Source: Patescibacteria group bacterium (GTDB taxonomy: Bacteria > Patescibacteriota > Patescibacteriia > 2-01-FULL-39-33). From it: DNA of 32,000 nucleotides. How positions within the stretch are numbered: position 1 is the stretch's first letter; every line of letters begins with the position of its first letter. The notes below the pieces were generated by a model. The model did no database searches. It saw only the letters and a program-made list of their open reading frames with translations, and had not been told where the DNA came from. Both the position numbers and the translations under genes were made by a program. The stretch spans positions 180,001 to 212,000 of the forward strand of contig JBAZRV010000002.1 in the NCBI GenBank assembly GCA_041662745.1, in the 5' to 3' direction. Below are positions 9,030-18,429 of this stretch, piece after piece.

Positions 9030-9404
9030 ATGTGCAAATTTTGGAAAAAAGAAAAATGCAATCATCATTTCCAGGAGCTTAAAACCAAAATTAGCTGGCG
9101 TTTGCAGGTTTGGAACGGTCTGACCAAAAGACGCTCATTAATAGGAATAGGCATCGTAGTCGCCGTTTTGGGTATTGTTTATCTGACCCAAACCAATCTG
9201 ACCGCCACCATCGGTTATCAAATTAAGGATTTGGAAAACGGCATCGCCAAACTGCAATCGGAAAACGGCCGCTTGACCATTAATTATCTGAAATTGCAGT
9301 CCATGGATCAGATCACCGCTTCCGCCGCCGATCTCAATCTGATTCCGGCCGGCAGTCCGGAAATCGTCATGATAAGAACTTCTAACCAGATAGCTAAGCG
9401 TTAG
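9030..9404 (+). CDS. ftsL: FtsL/DivIC-like septum protein
   Basis: Position between rsmH and the PBP; single TM (RSLIGIGIVVAVLGIVYL) followed by coiled coil (IKDLENGIAKLQSENGRLTINYLKLQS). Confidence 0.65.
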   Translation: MCKFWKKEKCNHHFQELKTKISWRLQVWNGLTKRRSLIGIGIVVAVLGIVYLTQTNLTATIGYQIKDLENGIAKLQSENGRLTINYLKLQSMDQITASAADLNLIPAGSPEIVMIRTSNQIAKR

Positions 9405-9426
9405 CCCGTTACGGTATCCGACGGAT

Positions 9427-11283
9427 ATGACAGTTTATCAACGACCCAAAACCAAAGTTTCTGACAACCGCGGACGTATTACCGTACTGTCGGTTGTTTT
9501 TTTAATTATCGGCGCCATACTGATCGGCAGGTTGTTTGATGTGCAAATCCTGCGCGGTGCTTTTTATGCCGCGCTCGCCGCCGATCAGCATGAAATTTAT
9601 AAAAAATTATTTCCCGAACGCGGTTCCATTTTGGTGCAAGAAAAAGCCGGCGATAAGACCGTTTCCTATCCCTTAGTCACTAATCGTACGATGCATGTCG
9701 TTTACGCCATACCCAAAGAAATAGTTGATGCCACCACGACGGCGGAAAAGTTGCTTGAAGTCTTGGGTTTGAGCGAAGAAGATCGGCAAGCAGCCGAAGA
9801 TTTGGCCGAACGCCTGCGCGGCAACGCCACCTCCACTGATTTTTTGGAGCTGGACAAGTATGCCGGGCAAACGATCAGGGATGCGACCAAGAGCGAACTG
9901 ATTAATGTTTTTAACCAAAAAGAGAAATCGTATTTTTTGGTGCGAGAGCGTTTGGAAGACAGCGCCTTTGAAATATTGAAGGGACTACAGCTTAAGGGTG
10001 TCGGTTTCAATGATAAGAGCTATCGTTTTTATACGGAAAAATCCCTGGGCGGGCAGTTATTCGGCTTCTTGGGTTATGACGGAAACGATCGCAGCGGCAA
10101 ATACGGTTTAGAAGGATATTATGATCAGTTGCTGGCCGGCCGAGCCGGTGAAATTTTTTCCGAACAGGACGTTCTGGGCAATGTCATCGCTTTGGGCAAG
10201 AATTATCTAAAGGAAAAGGTGGATGGCGCCAATCTGGTTTTGACCATTAACCGCCCTCTGCAATACCAAGCTTGCCAGTCATTGAAAAAATCTTTGGATC
10301 AGCATAAATCAAAAAGTGGCTCGGTTATCGTGATGGAGCCGTCCAGCGGAAAGATTTTAGCCATGTGCAGTTTTCCCGATTATGATCCGAATGAATACAA
10401 TAAAGTTGAAGACGCCTCGGTGTATAACGTTAAAGCAATCAACGACGCTTACGAACCCGGCTCTATTTTTAAGGCCGTTACCATGGCCGCAGCCATTGAT
10501 TCCGGCGCCGTTCTGCCGTCAACAACCTATACGGACACGGGCGTAGTGGATTATACCGATTACAAAATCAGGAATTTTGAAAATAAATCATACGGCCTGT
10601 CCACCATGACTAACGTTTTGGAGTATTCCATCAATACCGGCGTGATCTTCGCCATGCGTCAGATGACAACCAAGGTTTTCACCCAATATGTCAAAACTTT
10701 CGGTTTCGGCGATTTTACCGGCATTGATCTGTTTAAAGAAACTACCGGCAACATTTCCAACTTGAGCCGCAAGGGGGAAATCAATACGGCCACGGCCACT
10801 TTCGGCCAAGGCATCAGCGTGACGCCCATTCAGATGCTTACCGCTTTTTCAGCCATCATAAACGGCGGCAAGCTGATGAAGCCGTATGTGGTGGATCAGA
10901 TAATCATTGACGGCCAAATCAAACAAATCCAACCGCAAGAAATCAAACAAGTGATTTCGCCCAAAACCTCGCTTCTGATGAAGGGCATGCTGGTGTCGGT
11001 GGTGGAAAACGGCCACGCCAAGAAAGCGCAGATTCCCGGTTGGCGCGTAGGCGGAAAAACCGGTACGGCGCAAGTGCCGGATATGCGCGGCGGGTATAAA
11101 TCGGATGACAGCATTATCGGTTCGTTTGTCGGCTTTGCGCCGTTTGAAAATCCGCGCCTGGCTGTTTTTGTCCGCGTGGACGAGCCGATTGAAGGCCGGC
11201 TGGGCGAGACGGTGGCGGCGCCGGTTTTCACGGAGGTTGCCAAATTCGCTCTGGAGTATTATAATGTACCACACGACAAGTAG
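9427..11283 (+). CDS. ftsI: Penicillin-binding protein / peptidoglycan transpeptidase (FtsI/PBP2-type)
   Basis: N-terminal TM, dimerisation domain, transpeptidase motifs SIFK (YEPGSIFKAVT), SIN (EYSINTGVIF), KTG (VGGKTGTAQVP). Confidence 0.92.
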   Translation: MTVYQRPKTKVSDNRGRITVLSVVFLIIGAILIGRLFDVQILRGAFYAALAADQHEIYKKLFPERGSILVQEKAGDKTVSYPLVTNRTMHVVYAIPKEIVDATTTAEKLLEVLGLSEEDRQAAEDLAERLRGNATSTDFLELDKYAGQTIRDATKSELINVFNQKEKSYFLVRERLEDSAFEILKGLQLKGVGFNDKSYRFYTEKSLGGQLFGFLGYDGNDRSGKYGLEGYYDQLLAGRAGEIFSEQDVLGNVIALGKNYLKEKVDGANLVLTINRPLQYQACQSLKKSLDQHKSKSGSVIVMEPSSGKILAMCSFPDYDPNEYNKVEDASVYNVKAINDAYEPGSIFKAVTMAAAIDSGAVLPSTTYTDTGVVDYTDYKIRNFENKSYGLSTMTNVLEYSINTGVIFAMRQMTTKVFTQYVKTFGFGDFTGIDLFKETTGNISNLSRKGEINTATATFGQGISVTPIQMLTAFSAIINGGKLMKPYVVDQIIIDGQIKQIQPQEIKQVISPKTSLLMKGMLVSVVENGHAKKAQIPGWRVGGKTGTAQVPDMRGGYKSDDSIIGSFVGFAPFENPRLAVFVRVDEPIEGRLGETVAAPVFTEVAKFALEYYNVPHDK

Positions 11284-11353
11284 GCCCTGAAGCCTCGCCC
11301 GCAGCCCCTAATAAGTGTTGATTCAAAGCTAAGTTACAGCTACTGCTTAAATT

Positions 11354-12640
11354 ATGAAATCATTTTTGAAAAAAATTTTACAAAAAATATTATTTGTTTT
11401 GGCGCAAGCCGTTTTGAACAAATACGAGCCGAAAGTTATCGGCGTAACCGGTTCCATCGGCAAGTCTTCAACCAAAGAAGCGATTTTTACCGTGCTCAAA
11501 GACAAATTCCGCGTCCGGCAAAATATCAAGAATTATAATAATGAAATCGGTTTGCCGCTGACGATTTTGGGCGAATTGTCGCCGGGCGGCAGTTTGTCGG
11601 GCTGGTTAAAGCTGTTTTTCAATGCTGTAAAATTATGGGTGATTGACGATAAAACCTACCCCGAGGTATTGATTTTGGAAATGGGAGTTGATCGGCCCGG
11701 CGATATGGCTTATTTGGTCAAGCTGGCAAAACCGGATATCGGCGTCATTACCAATATCGGTCCGGTGCATTTGGAGTATTTTAAAACCATAGAAAATATC
11801 GCGCAGGAAAAGGGGATATTGGTGGAGCGGTTGCGCGCCGGAGGTTGGGGGGTTTTGAATGCCGATAACGAGTACACGGCCAAATTGAAAAACAATGTCA
11901 AAGGCAGATTTTTGACCTACGGTTTCAACTCTGAAGCGTCAGTACGGGCCCATGATGTTACCCTGTTAAGCCAAAAAAATGATTTGCAGGGCGTTAGCTT
12001 CAAACTGTCTTACGATGGCAAGGTGGTGCCGGTGTTTTTGCCCGAGGTTTTGGGCGAACATTTGATTTATGGCGCTTTGGCCGCCGTCTCGGTAGGCATA
12101 ATCATGAATTTGAACCTGGTGGAAATAACCGAGGCATTGCAAGGCTTTCGGGCGCCGTCCGGACGGATGCGGCTGATTGAGGGCGTTAGGGATTCGCTTA
12201 TTATTGACGATACTTATAACGCCAGCCCCGAACCGACGGTTGCGGCGGTCCAGGTGCTTAGCAAGTTGCCGGCTAACGGAAGAAAAATCGCGGTACTGGG
12301 CGATATGCTGGAGTTGGGTGATTTTGAAGACAAAGGCCATCGCTTAGTCGGCCGGACTGTGGCGCAAGAGGGGATTGATCTGTTGGTTGCGGTGGGCGAT
12401 CGCGCCAAAATCATCGCTGAGGCGGCGGTGGAAGCCGGATTTGATAAAAAACATGTGGTCAGGTTTGTTGACAGCGAAGAAGCGGGCGAGTATCTGTTAA
12501 AAGAACTTAATGCCGGCGATTTGGTCTTGATTAAGGGCTCGCAAGGCATGCGTATGGAAAAAGCGGTCAAGATAATCTTAGCTGACTTGTCTTTGGCTAA
12601 AGAATTATTGGTCCGGCAGGATGACAGTTGGTTGAAATAA
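11354..12640 (+). CDS. murF: Mur ligase family protein, MurF-like
   Basis: P-loop GVTGSIGKSSTKE, NYNNEIGLPLTIL, DDTYNASPEPTVAAVQVLSKLP, LGDMLELGD, VLIKGSQGMRMEKAV. Confidence 0.88.
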   Translation: MKSFLKKILQKILFVLAQAVLNKYEPKVIGVTGSIGKSSTKEAIFTVLKDKFRVRQNIKNYNNEIGLPLTILGELSPGGSLSGWLKLFFNAVKLWVIDDKTYPEVLILEMGVDRPGDMAYLVKLAKPDIGVITNIGPVHLEYFKTIENIAQEKGILVERLRAGGWGVLNADNEYTAKLKNNVKGRFLTYGFNSEASVRAHDVTLLSQKNDLQGVSFKLSYDGKVVPVFLPEVLGEHLIYGALAAVSVGIIMNLNLVEITEALQGFRAPSGRMRLIEGVRDSLIIDDTYNASPEPTVAAVQVLSKLPANGRKIAVLGDMLELGDFEDKGHRLVGRTVAQEGIDLLVAVGDRAKIIAEAAVEAGFDKKHVVRFVDSEEAGEYLLKELNAGDLVLIKGSQGMRMEKAVKIILADLSLAKELLVRQDDSWLK

Positions 12641-12740
12641 TTCAGACGCATGCAAAGCGCCGGAATAATACGGCTAATAGAAAATTATGAGGAATTTAAC
12701 ACGTGCACCAATTGATTTTATTAAACTGGAAAGTTCAGAG

Positions 12741-13460
12741 ATGCCGTTTAACCCGAAACTGAATATTTTTAATGAAAGAGGTTTTGGCACGATACCGGAA
12801 GATGAACCCGATTCTGATTCAGTCGTGAGGCTTTTGCCTGGTTGGGATAGGGATCGGGATAATTATTTTGAATTGGCAGATCTCAAGGACAATCTTAGCG
12901 AAGCTCAGAAGGTTTTCCAACAATTAAGGGATGATTACCATATCAGGATTATTCCGTTTAAGTTTGCAATCGGCAAAGACAGTGAGGGTAAATTGGCCGC
13001 TTATGTTATCGCTAAAAAAGCGGAAGGCATTAACCTGGATTCCTTGAGCAAGGAGGACCTTTCCCCTATAGAAGCGGAAACTTTAAGGCAAGACTTGATA
13101 GAAACATGGTCGGGATTAATTGATTATTATTTTGACTGCCTATCTTCTGATCAAGAATTATTTTGGGATGTTTTTCCGGCCAAACAATACGTCTATGGGC
13201 GTGTGGGCAAAGAAGAAGAAAAACACCCCTATATGATTGATATTGAAATTCGCATTACTAGGGGGCAACAGTATTTGTTCCGGCTGGCGTTAAGCTGTTT
13301 GGCTGAGGACCCTGAAGCAATTGGGGACAGTTTAAGTATGGATTTAAGCCCGATAAAGGAAAAGCTCAAGTTAAAAATTTCTGAATTTCTGAAGCAGCCT
13401 AATCTGGTGGCGGATGCGAGTTTGAAGAATAATATGCGGGATTATTTGAATGCGTTATAA
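12741..13460 (+). CDS. Hypothetical protein
   Basis: About 239 aa from the internal Met MPFNPKLNIFNERGFG (ORF track starts 12687); AGAG-containing sequence lies just upstream; no recognised motif. Confidence 0.5.
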   Translation: MPFNPKLNIFNERGFGTIPEDEPDSDSVVRLLPGWDRDRDNYFELADLKDNLSEAQKVFQQLRDDYHIRIIPFKFAIGKDSEGKLAAYVIAKKAEGINLDSLSKEDLSPIEAETLRQDLIETWSGLIDYYFDCLSSDQELFWDVFPAKQYVYGRVGKEEEKHPYMIDIEIRITRGQQYLFRLALSCLAEDPEAIGDSLSMDLSPIKEKLKLKISEFLKQPNLVADASLKNNMRDYLNAL

Positions 13461-13524
13461 AAGCTATGCGAATTGCCATAATACCCTGCAGTTTAAAGCG
13501 AAAGTTTATCGGAGTTTACCGCTG

Positions 13525-13553
13525 TTGACAAAATATTTTCAGTATGGTAATAT
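13525..13553 (+). promoter_or_regulatory. Sigma70-like promoter for the 13634 ORF
   Basis: TTGACA (13525-13530), 17-bp spacer, TAATAT (13548-13553). Confidence 0.65.
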
Positions 13554-13633
13554 GAGCTGTCAGTCAGCCGTCCATTAAAACCAATTAACATAAACGATGT
13601 AAAAAGACCGGGCTAAGCTCAAGGAGGCAAATA

Positions 13634-14080
13634 ATGCCTGAAAAACAAGTAATACCTAAACAAACCATTTTTGATTTGATGGATTTGCAGGATCTTTCTG
13701 GTTGGCATTTAGTCAGATGTTATGAAGTCCTTGGCAATATTGGCGAACCTTCATCATGCTTGGCATGCGATTTTGATTCTCGGGGATTTTATAATGATCC
13801 GATTTTGGCTTCAATCGCCAGTTATGGCATCGGCTGGTGGGGCGGCGATGGGGTTGTCAGGGAGGTCCTTGTTTTGACTCAAGATGACCGGAAGGGCTTT
13901 ATTCCGAATACTGCAAACCTTGTGTGGTTCCATAGGAAGAGTCCTGTTTTCTGCAGTTGTCCCGCCTTGATAGAAATTTATTCAGAGGAAAAGATATCGC
14001 GATTGCGCGATCATCTAATGAAGCATGATTACCTTAAATGTAAACTAACACCACGGGAGAAAGAGTTGTTGGACTTGTAG
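13634..14080 (+). CDS. Hypothetical protein, 148 aa
   Basis: Strong AAGGAGG-like RBS upstream (caaggaggcaaataATG), own promoter and downstream terminator. Confidence 0.65.
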   Translation: MPEKQVIPKQTIFDLMDLQDLSGWHLVRCYEVLGNIGEPSSCLACDFDSRGFYNDPILASIASYGIGWWGGDGVVREVLVLTQDDRKGFIPNTANLVWFHRKSPVFCSCPALIEIYSEEKISRLRDHLMKHDYLKCKLTPREKELLDL

Positions 14081-14110
14081 GGATAATTATTATCCGATAT
14101 GTTGTACATT

Positions 14111-14149
14111 AAAACGCCTCTCGGGCAAGCCGTGAAGCGTTTTTTATTT
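14111..14149 (+). terminator. Rho-independent terminator
   Basis: AAAACGC...GCGTTTTTTATTT. Confidence 0.65.
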
Positions 14150-14172
14150 GATTTGCTGCGTTGTTTTTCTGT

Positions 14173-14469
14173 TTATTTGCCCAGGCCCGGGATATTGAGT
14201 CCGCCCATTTGCGACATCTTATTGGCCATGACGCGCTGGACTTTTTTGACGGCATCATTAACCGCTTCTTTGACGGCTGATTCTAACTTGGCTTTGTCGC
14301 CGACGATTTCCTGGTCAATAACGACAGCTTTGACTTCCTGATTGCCATCCATGGAAATTTTCACTTTGCCCCAGCCACCTTGGCCTTCAATCGTTTCTTC
14401 GGCCAAGGCTTTTTTAATGGTATTGGCTTGATTCTTTAAATCTTGAATCGCTTTGATTTTTGAGAACAT
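14173..14469 (-). CDS. ybaB: YbaB/EbfC family nucleoid-associated protein
   Basis: MFSKIKAIQDLKNQANTIKKALAEETIEGQGGWGKVKISMDGNQEVKAVVIDQEIVGDKAKLESAVKEAVNDAVKKVQRVMANKM. Confidence 0.88.
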   Translation of the reverse strand: MFSKIKAIQDLKNQANTIKKALAEETIEGQGGWGKVKISMDGNQEVKAVVIDQEIVGDKAKLESAVKEAVNDAVKKVQRVMANKMSQMGGLNIPGLGK

Positions 14470-14574
14470 ATAGTTTTGATTAAGAGTCAAAAGCCATTAA
14501 AGTCAAGGGTTTTAAATTTATCGGATCCGCCTGTCGGAACAGGCCTTTGACTTTGCAGGCTTTCTGGCCGGTTA

Positions 14575-15954
14575 TTAATTATAGCTTCTGTCTAAATTTT
14601 TAAATGATACGGTATTGCCTTCAAAATAAAGGTGCACCAGACCGGTGGGGCCGTTTCTGTGTTTGGCGACATGGATTTCCGCCGAATGCTTTTCTTCTTC
14701 GGTTAAGGAATTAACATCAAAATTCCTGTCGGAGGCCTTGCGGTAAATAAACATAACCACATCGGCATCCTGCTCAATGGAACCGGATTCGCGCAGGTGG
14801 GACAGCTTGGGGATGGCCGGCTTGTTCATTTCCACAGCGCGGGACAGCTGGGAGAGCGCCAGGACGGGAATGTTAAGTTCGCGCGCCAAACCTTTAAGGG
14901 CGCGGGAGATTTCGGCGATTTCCTGTACGCGGCTTTCCGATGATTGGCGGCTGCCCGAACCTTCCATTAGTTGCAAATAATCCAAAATAATCAAGTCCAG
15001 TCCGTGTTCAATCTGCAGGCGTCGCGCCTTGGTGCGGAGTTCCATGACATTGGTGTTGGCAAAGTCGTCAATAAAAATATTGCTTTCCGACAGCTCGCTC
15101 ATGGCGTGGCCGATGCGGGGAAAATCTTCGCCGGCTTCGGACAGGCGTCCGGTGCGCATTTTCCACATATCCACTCCCGCCTCACCAGAAATCAAACGAT
15201 CAACTAATTGTTCCTTGGACATTTCCAGCGAGAAGATGCCTACGGATTTTTTGTGGCGGATGGCGGCGTTGCGGGCGATATCCAGGGCTAAAGCGGTTTT
15301 GCCGACTGAGGGGCGGGCGGCCAAGATGACTAAATCGGATCTCTGCAACCCTCCCAGGACATTATCCATTTCAGTAAAGCCGGTGGGCAAGCCGCGCAGT
15401 TTGCCTTTCTCGCGATGCAATTCGTCAATGCGATCAAAGGCGCCGGTCAGAACGTCCTTGATGTGAGTGAATTTTTCTTTTAAGAATTTTTGCGATACCG
15501 CAAAAACCGATTGCTCGGATTTATCCAGGATTTCATTGACTTCCTTGTCTTCCTGATAGCCCAAATCCAAAATATTGGAAGCGGCGGCAATCAATCGGCG
15601 CAGGGTGGCTTTTTTCTGGATAATCTGCGCATAAGATACGACATGCGCCGCTGAAGGCACTTGGTTGGTCAGGGTAACCAGATAACTGCGTCCGCCGACC
15701 AGATCGATTTTTCCCAATTCGTTCAGCCGGGAGCTTAAGCCCAAGATGTCAATCGGATCTTTACGCTCAAACAATTCCAGGATAACCGAATAAATAATGC
15801 CGTGCGCCGTCTGATAAAAATCCTCGGCGGTGATGATGTCGGCGATTTTGATGATGGCATCCTTGTCAATCAATAAAGCGCCCAGAAGCGATTGTTCGGC
15901 TTCCAGGTTTTGCGGCGGCAGTTTGCGCAAGGAATTGTCTGACATATTCGTCAC
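14575..15954 (-). CDS. dnaB: Replicative DNA helicase DnaB
   Basis: PPQNLEAEQSLLGALLID; DLVILAARPSVGKTALALDIARNAA; GIFSLEMSKEQL; LIILDYLQLM; ALSQLSRAVE; HLRESGSIEQDADVVMFIYR. Confidence 0.97.
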   Translation of the reverse strand: MTNMSDNSLRKLPPQNLEAEQSLLGALLIDKDAIIKIADIITAEDFYQTAHGIIYSVILELFERKDPIDILGLSSRLNELGKIDLVGGRSYLVTLTNQVPSAAHVVSYAQIIQKKATLRRLIAAASNILDLGYQEDKEVNEILDKSEQSVFAVSQKFLKEKFTHIKDVLTGAFDRIDELHREKGKLRGLPTGFTEMDNVLGGLQRSDLVILAARPSVGKTALALDIARNAAIRHKKSVGIFSLEMSKEQLVDRLISGEAGVDMWKMRTGRLSEAGEDFPRIGHAMSELSESNIFIDDFANTNVMELRTKARRLQIEHGLDLIILDYLQLMEGSGSRQSSESRVQEIAEISRALKGLARELNIPVLALSQLSRAVEMNKPAIPKLSHLRESGSIEQDADVVMFIYRKASDRNFDVNSLTEEEKHSAEIHVAKHRNGPTGLVHLYFEGNTVSFKNLDRSYN

Positions 15955-16296
15955 CTTTTAGGGTATTCAAGTCCCTTACATTTTACCTTAATTGTCCCGC
16001 CTTGGCAAACCACCGGTTTTAGAGAGTTTTGGACAGTTTATGCACACGCCAAAGGGTATAACTTTATCGGATTGGGGGCTTGTTTTTTTTGTATGCCGGT
16101 AAACCCCGTACGGCGTTCGGACTTGGGGCTTCATTGGCGCAGGGTTTATTGTTTTGTCAAGAGCAATGTTTACTTTGATTTATTTCTCTATGGGTACTTG
16201 CCAAAAGAAAAATTTTACTGTATAATATTAAATAGTTTCATAAAATGTCTTAATTTGCGTTTGGGACAAGCAAAACAATTGAATGTCAAATATTAC

Positions 16297-16372
16297 GCGC
16301 CTATAGCTCAGTCGGTAGAGCAACAGCCTTTTAAGCTGATGGTCGCTGGTTCGAGTCCAGCTGGGCGCACCA
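16297..16372 (+). tRNA. tRNA-Lys (anticodon TTT), CCA encoded
   Basis: GCGCCTA...TGGGCGC acceptor stem, D-loop AGCTCAGTCGGTAGAGC, anticodon loop CTTTTAA, T-arm GCTGGTTCGAGTCCAGC, terminal ACCA. Confidence 0.96.
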
Positions 16373-16386
16373 GAAAGGAATAGTCA
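16367..16386 (+). repeat. Direct repeat copy 1 (candidate att site, starts in tRNA-Lys 3' end)
   Basis: GCACCAGAAAGGAATAGTCA, identical to 18430-18449. Confidence 0.85.
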
Positions 16387-16562
16387 AATTTTTCCGCTTC
16401 CCGTCGCCGATTTCGGCGACCAAATCATACGGAATTTCATAATCAAAATGCAATTGGCGGTTTTGTCTGAATATTAATTCAGGTAAAAGAAAATTTTTAT
16501 GTTTATTTGACTGCAGAAATTATCATGATTTCTGTTTTTTTGTTCTATTTTGGTGCATATGA

Positions 16563-16591
16563 TTGACATTTTGGTTGATATTTGCTAAAAT
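16563..16591 (+). promoter_or_regulatory. Sigma70-like promoter of the radical-SAM-like gene
   Basis: TTGACA (16563-16568), 17-bp spacer, TAAAAT (16586-16591). Confidence 0.7.
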
Positions 16592-16667
16592 TTGGTATTC
16601 CCAATGTGAGGGATGTTCTTTGAAATGCCTAGTGCTATCAGCATAACTCAAACGAAAGGAGAGTTTT

Positions 16668-18155
16668 ATGCGTATTGCAGCGATTTCCGTTGGTTTGCAA
16701 GGGCATGGGCATAACCTCGCCTTTGCTCCAAACGCCATTGTTACAGTGGCAGCCGCTGTTCAGCGGGTTTTTGGAGATAAAGTCCAGATACGTGTTTTCG
16801 ACGAAGTTTTGTTTGGTCACGATCAGCTCAAAGAGCTATTGAGTGTGTTTACTCCGAATGTTCTTTTTGTGAGTGTTCCGGTAACTGGTTATTATTATTC
16901 AGCACTGGACATTTACAATTGGGCAAAAGAGCATGCCATTCCAGTGTTGACTGGAGGGTACCACTTTAATATTCCAGACGTCGATTACCATGGGAATCAA
17001 GTTTATCCTGGAGTAATCGCCCGTCTAGCCACAGAGCGAGAAGTGTTTGTCTGCTATGCTGACGGGGAATCAACAGCAGTCGGATTTGTTGAACACCTCT
17101 TTAATCCTAATCATCGCAAGCTCGCTTCAGTTCCAAATCTCTGTTATGTAGAGGCGGGTCAGCTCATTGTCACGCCACGGCAAGAAAATACCCTTGGTAC
17201 GCAAGCATACCCAAATTTGCCACTGGAGTCGTTCGATCCCCGTGCTTATTGGGGCTCGCTATCAAAGAGTGATGTCCATGCCAGCGGAAAGGACTTAATT
17301 GGTAACGTTCCAATTGGACGTACAATCGTCGGAGCCAAGATTGTGGAGGGGTGCACTTATCGCCGAGTGAGGTTGAGCCAAGGAAAGGAAGCATGCTCTT
17401 ACTGCACATTGACTAGCCCCTGCCACGCGTCCTCAGGTCAGAGTTTTTGGCGTATTACTCAAGAAATGTATGACTATGTCGAGAGTATATCTTGGTCTGG
17501 AGATCAGGGAGTTCGTTGCTATCAAATTGGAGATGATATGGGTAGCGATATCCCTCTCATTAAATCAATTTGGGAATCGCGACCACCATGGGCTAACGAG
17601 GTTCCTCTCGGTCATCGTGTATATGCTTGGCATGTTCTTGGAGAAGACCAAGCAAGAATGCTATACGACATTGGTGTTCGATGGATTTATCTCGGTGGCG
17701 ATGGGAAAAGGGGGTTTACGAACGAGTGGTCGGTAAGACATCCACTTGTTCGGACTCTGGAGAATTGCCGTAAGCACGGCCTACGAGCAAGCATTGGCTT
17801 TGTTCTCGGTCAACGAAATCAGGATTGGCATGATATTGAGAAATGGTCCAAATTCAGTCAGCGATTGGCCGCAGAATATGGGGATTCTCTCATTATCGTC
17901 GACGGCTGGGTGAATGTGCTTGCTCCTGGTTCTCCGGATTGGGCGGTTTTGTGTCAGTATGAACCAAGTTTTGGGAATACGGATTGCCCTGATTTGGAGA
18001 AGGCCCGCATGGTTTTCTGGCAACAGTGCACAAAACTCTGCGATCATCAGAACCCCGAAGATATCCGTCGGTTGCTGTATGAATGGGTGCCACAGTTTGA
18101 AAACGACATGAATAGGCATCCTGGCGTCCAGCGTAGTTTCATGTTGCGACCGTAA
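16668..18155 (+). CDS. Cobalamin-binding-domain / radical SAM-like protein, function unknown
   Basis: 495 aa; Rossmann-like N-terminus ending PVLTGGYHFNIPD (B12-binding-like); VEGCTYRRVRLSQGKEACSYCTL cluster motif; later radical-SAM-barrel-like strands YQIGDDMGSD, YAWHVLGEDQARMLYDIGVRWIYLGGDG. RBS aaaggagagttttATG. Confidence 0.72.
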   Translation: MRIAAISVGLQGHGHNLAFAPNAIVTVAAAVQRVFGDKVQIRVFDEVLFGHDQLKELLSVFTPNVLFVSVPVTGYYYSALDIYNWAKEHAIPVLTGGYHFNIPDVDYHGNQVYPGVIARLATEREVFVCYADGESTAVGFVEHLFNPNHRKLASVPNLCYVEAGQLIVTPRQENTLGTQAYPNLPLESFDPRAYWGSLSKSDVHASGKDLIGNVPIGRTIVGAKIVEGCTYRRVRLSQGKEACSYCTLTSPCHASSGQSFWRITQEMYDYVESISWSGDQGVRCYQIGDDMGSDIPLIKSIWESRPPWANEVPLGHRVYAWHVLGEDQARMLYDIGVRWIYLGGDGKRGFTNEWSVRHPLVRTLENCRKHGLRASIGFVLGQRNQDWHDIEKWSKFSQRLAAEYGDSLIIVDGWVNVLAPGSPDWAVLCQYEPSFGNTDCPDLEKARMVFWQQCTKLCDHQNPEDIRRLLYEWVPQFENDMNRHPGVQRSFMLRP

Positions 18156-18173
18156 CGGGAAGTGTTTTTATTT

Positions 18174-18212
18174 AGTGGTGTTGTGCCTCGCATGACACCA
18201 CTTTTCTTTTTT
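18174..18212 (+). terminator. Rho-independent terminator of the radical-SAM-like gene
   Basis: AGTGGTGT ... ACACCACT followed by TTTCTTTTTT. Confidence 0.85.
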
Positions 18213-18405
18213 ATTAATTTTTCAAAGAGCTAAAAAAATTTGCCGCCAAATCCAGTAAATTTTTCAATAAATCAGCTCTTGAAAAATTTACTGAAATGAG
18301 TTATGATTAACTCATTGAAAAACTGGAAATTGCCGTAAATCAGAATTAGGATTGGGTTTCGTCGGGAGGAAAATCTGCGTCCGCCGTTGGCGGACAGCCA
18401 AAATG
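18201..18405. repeat. Intergenic repeat, copy A (with an extra about 65-nt hairpin-rich insertion)
   Basis: Shares CTTTTCTTTTT..TCAAA.AG.TAAA..AATTTGCCGCCAAA.CCA.TAAATTTTTCAA and GGATTGG.TTTCGTCGGGA.GAAAATCTG..[hairpin]CAGCCAAAATGCGT with copy B. Confidence 0.8.
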
Positions 18406-18429
18406 CGTTCGAGCTATCTTTAAGATACA

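Noticed and set aside
14777-15466. Plus-strand ORFs opposite dnaB
   Set aside because: Antisense to highly conserved DnaB motifs; no promoter or RBS support.
16072-16383. 103-aa ORF running into tRNA-Lys
   Set aside because: Its C-terminus (YAPIAQSVEQQPFKLMVAGSSPAGRTR) is the translation of the tRNA gene; spurious.
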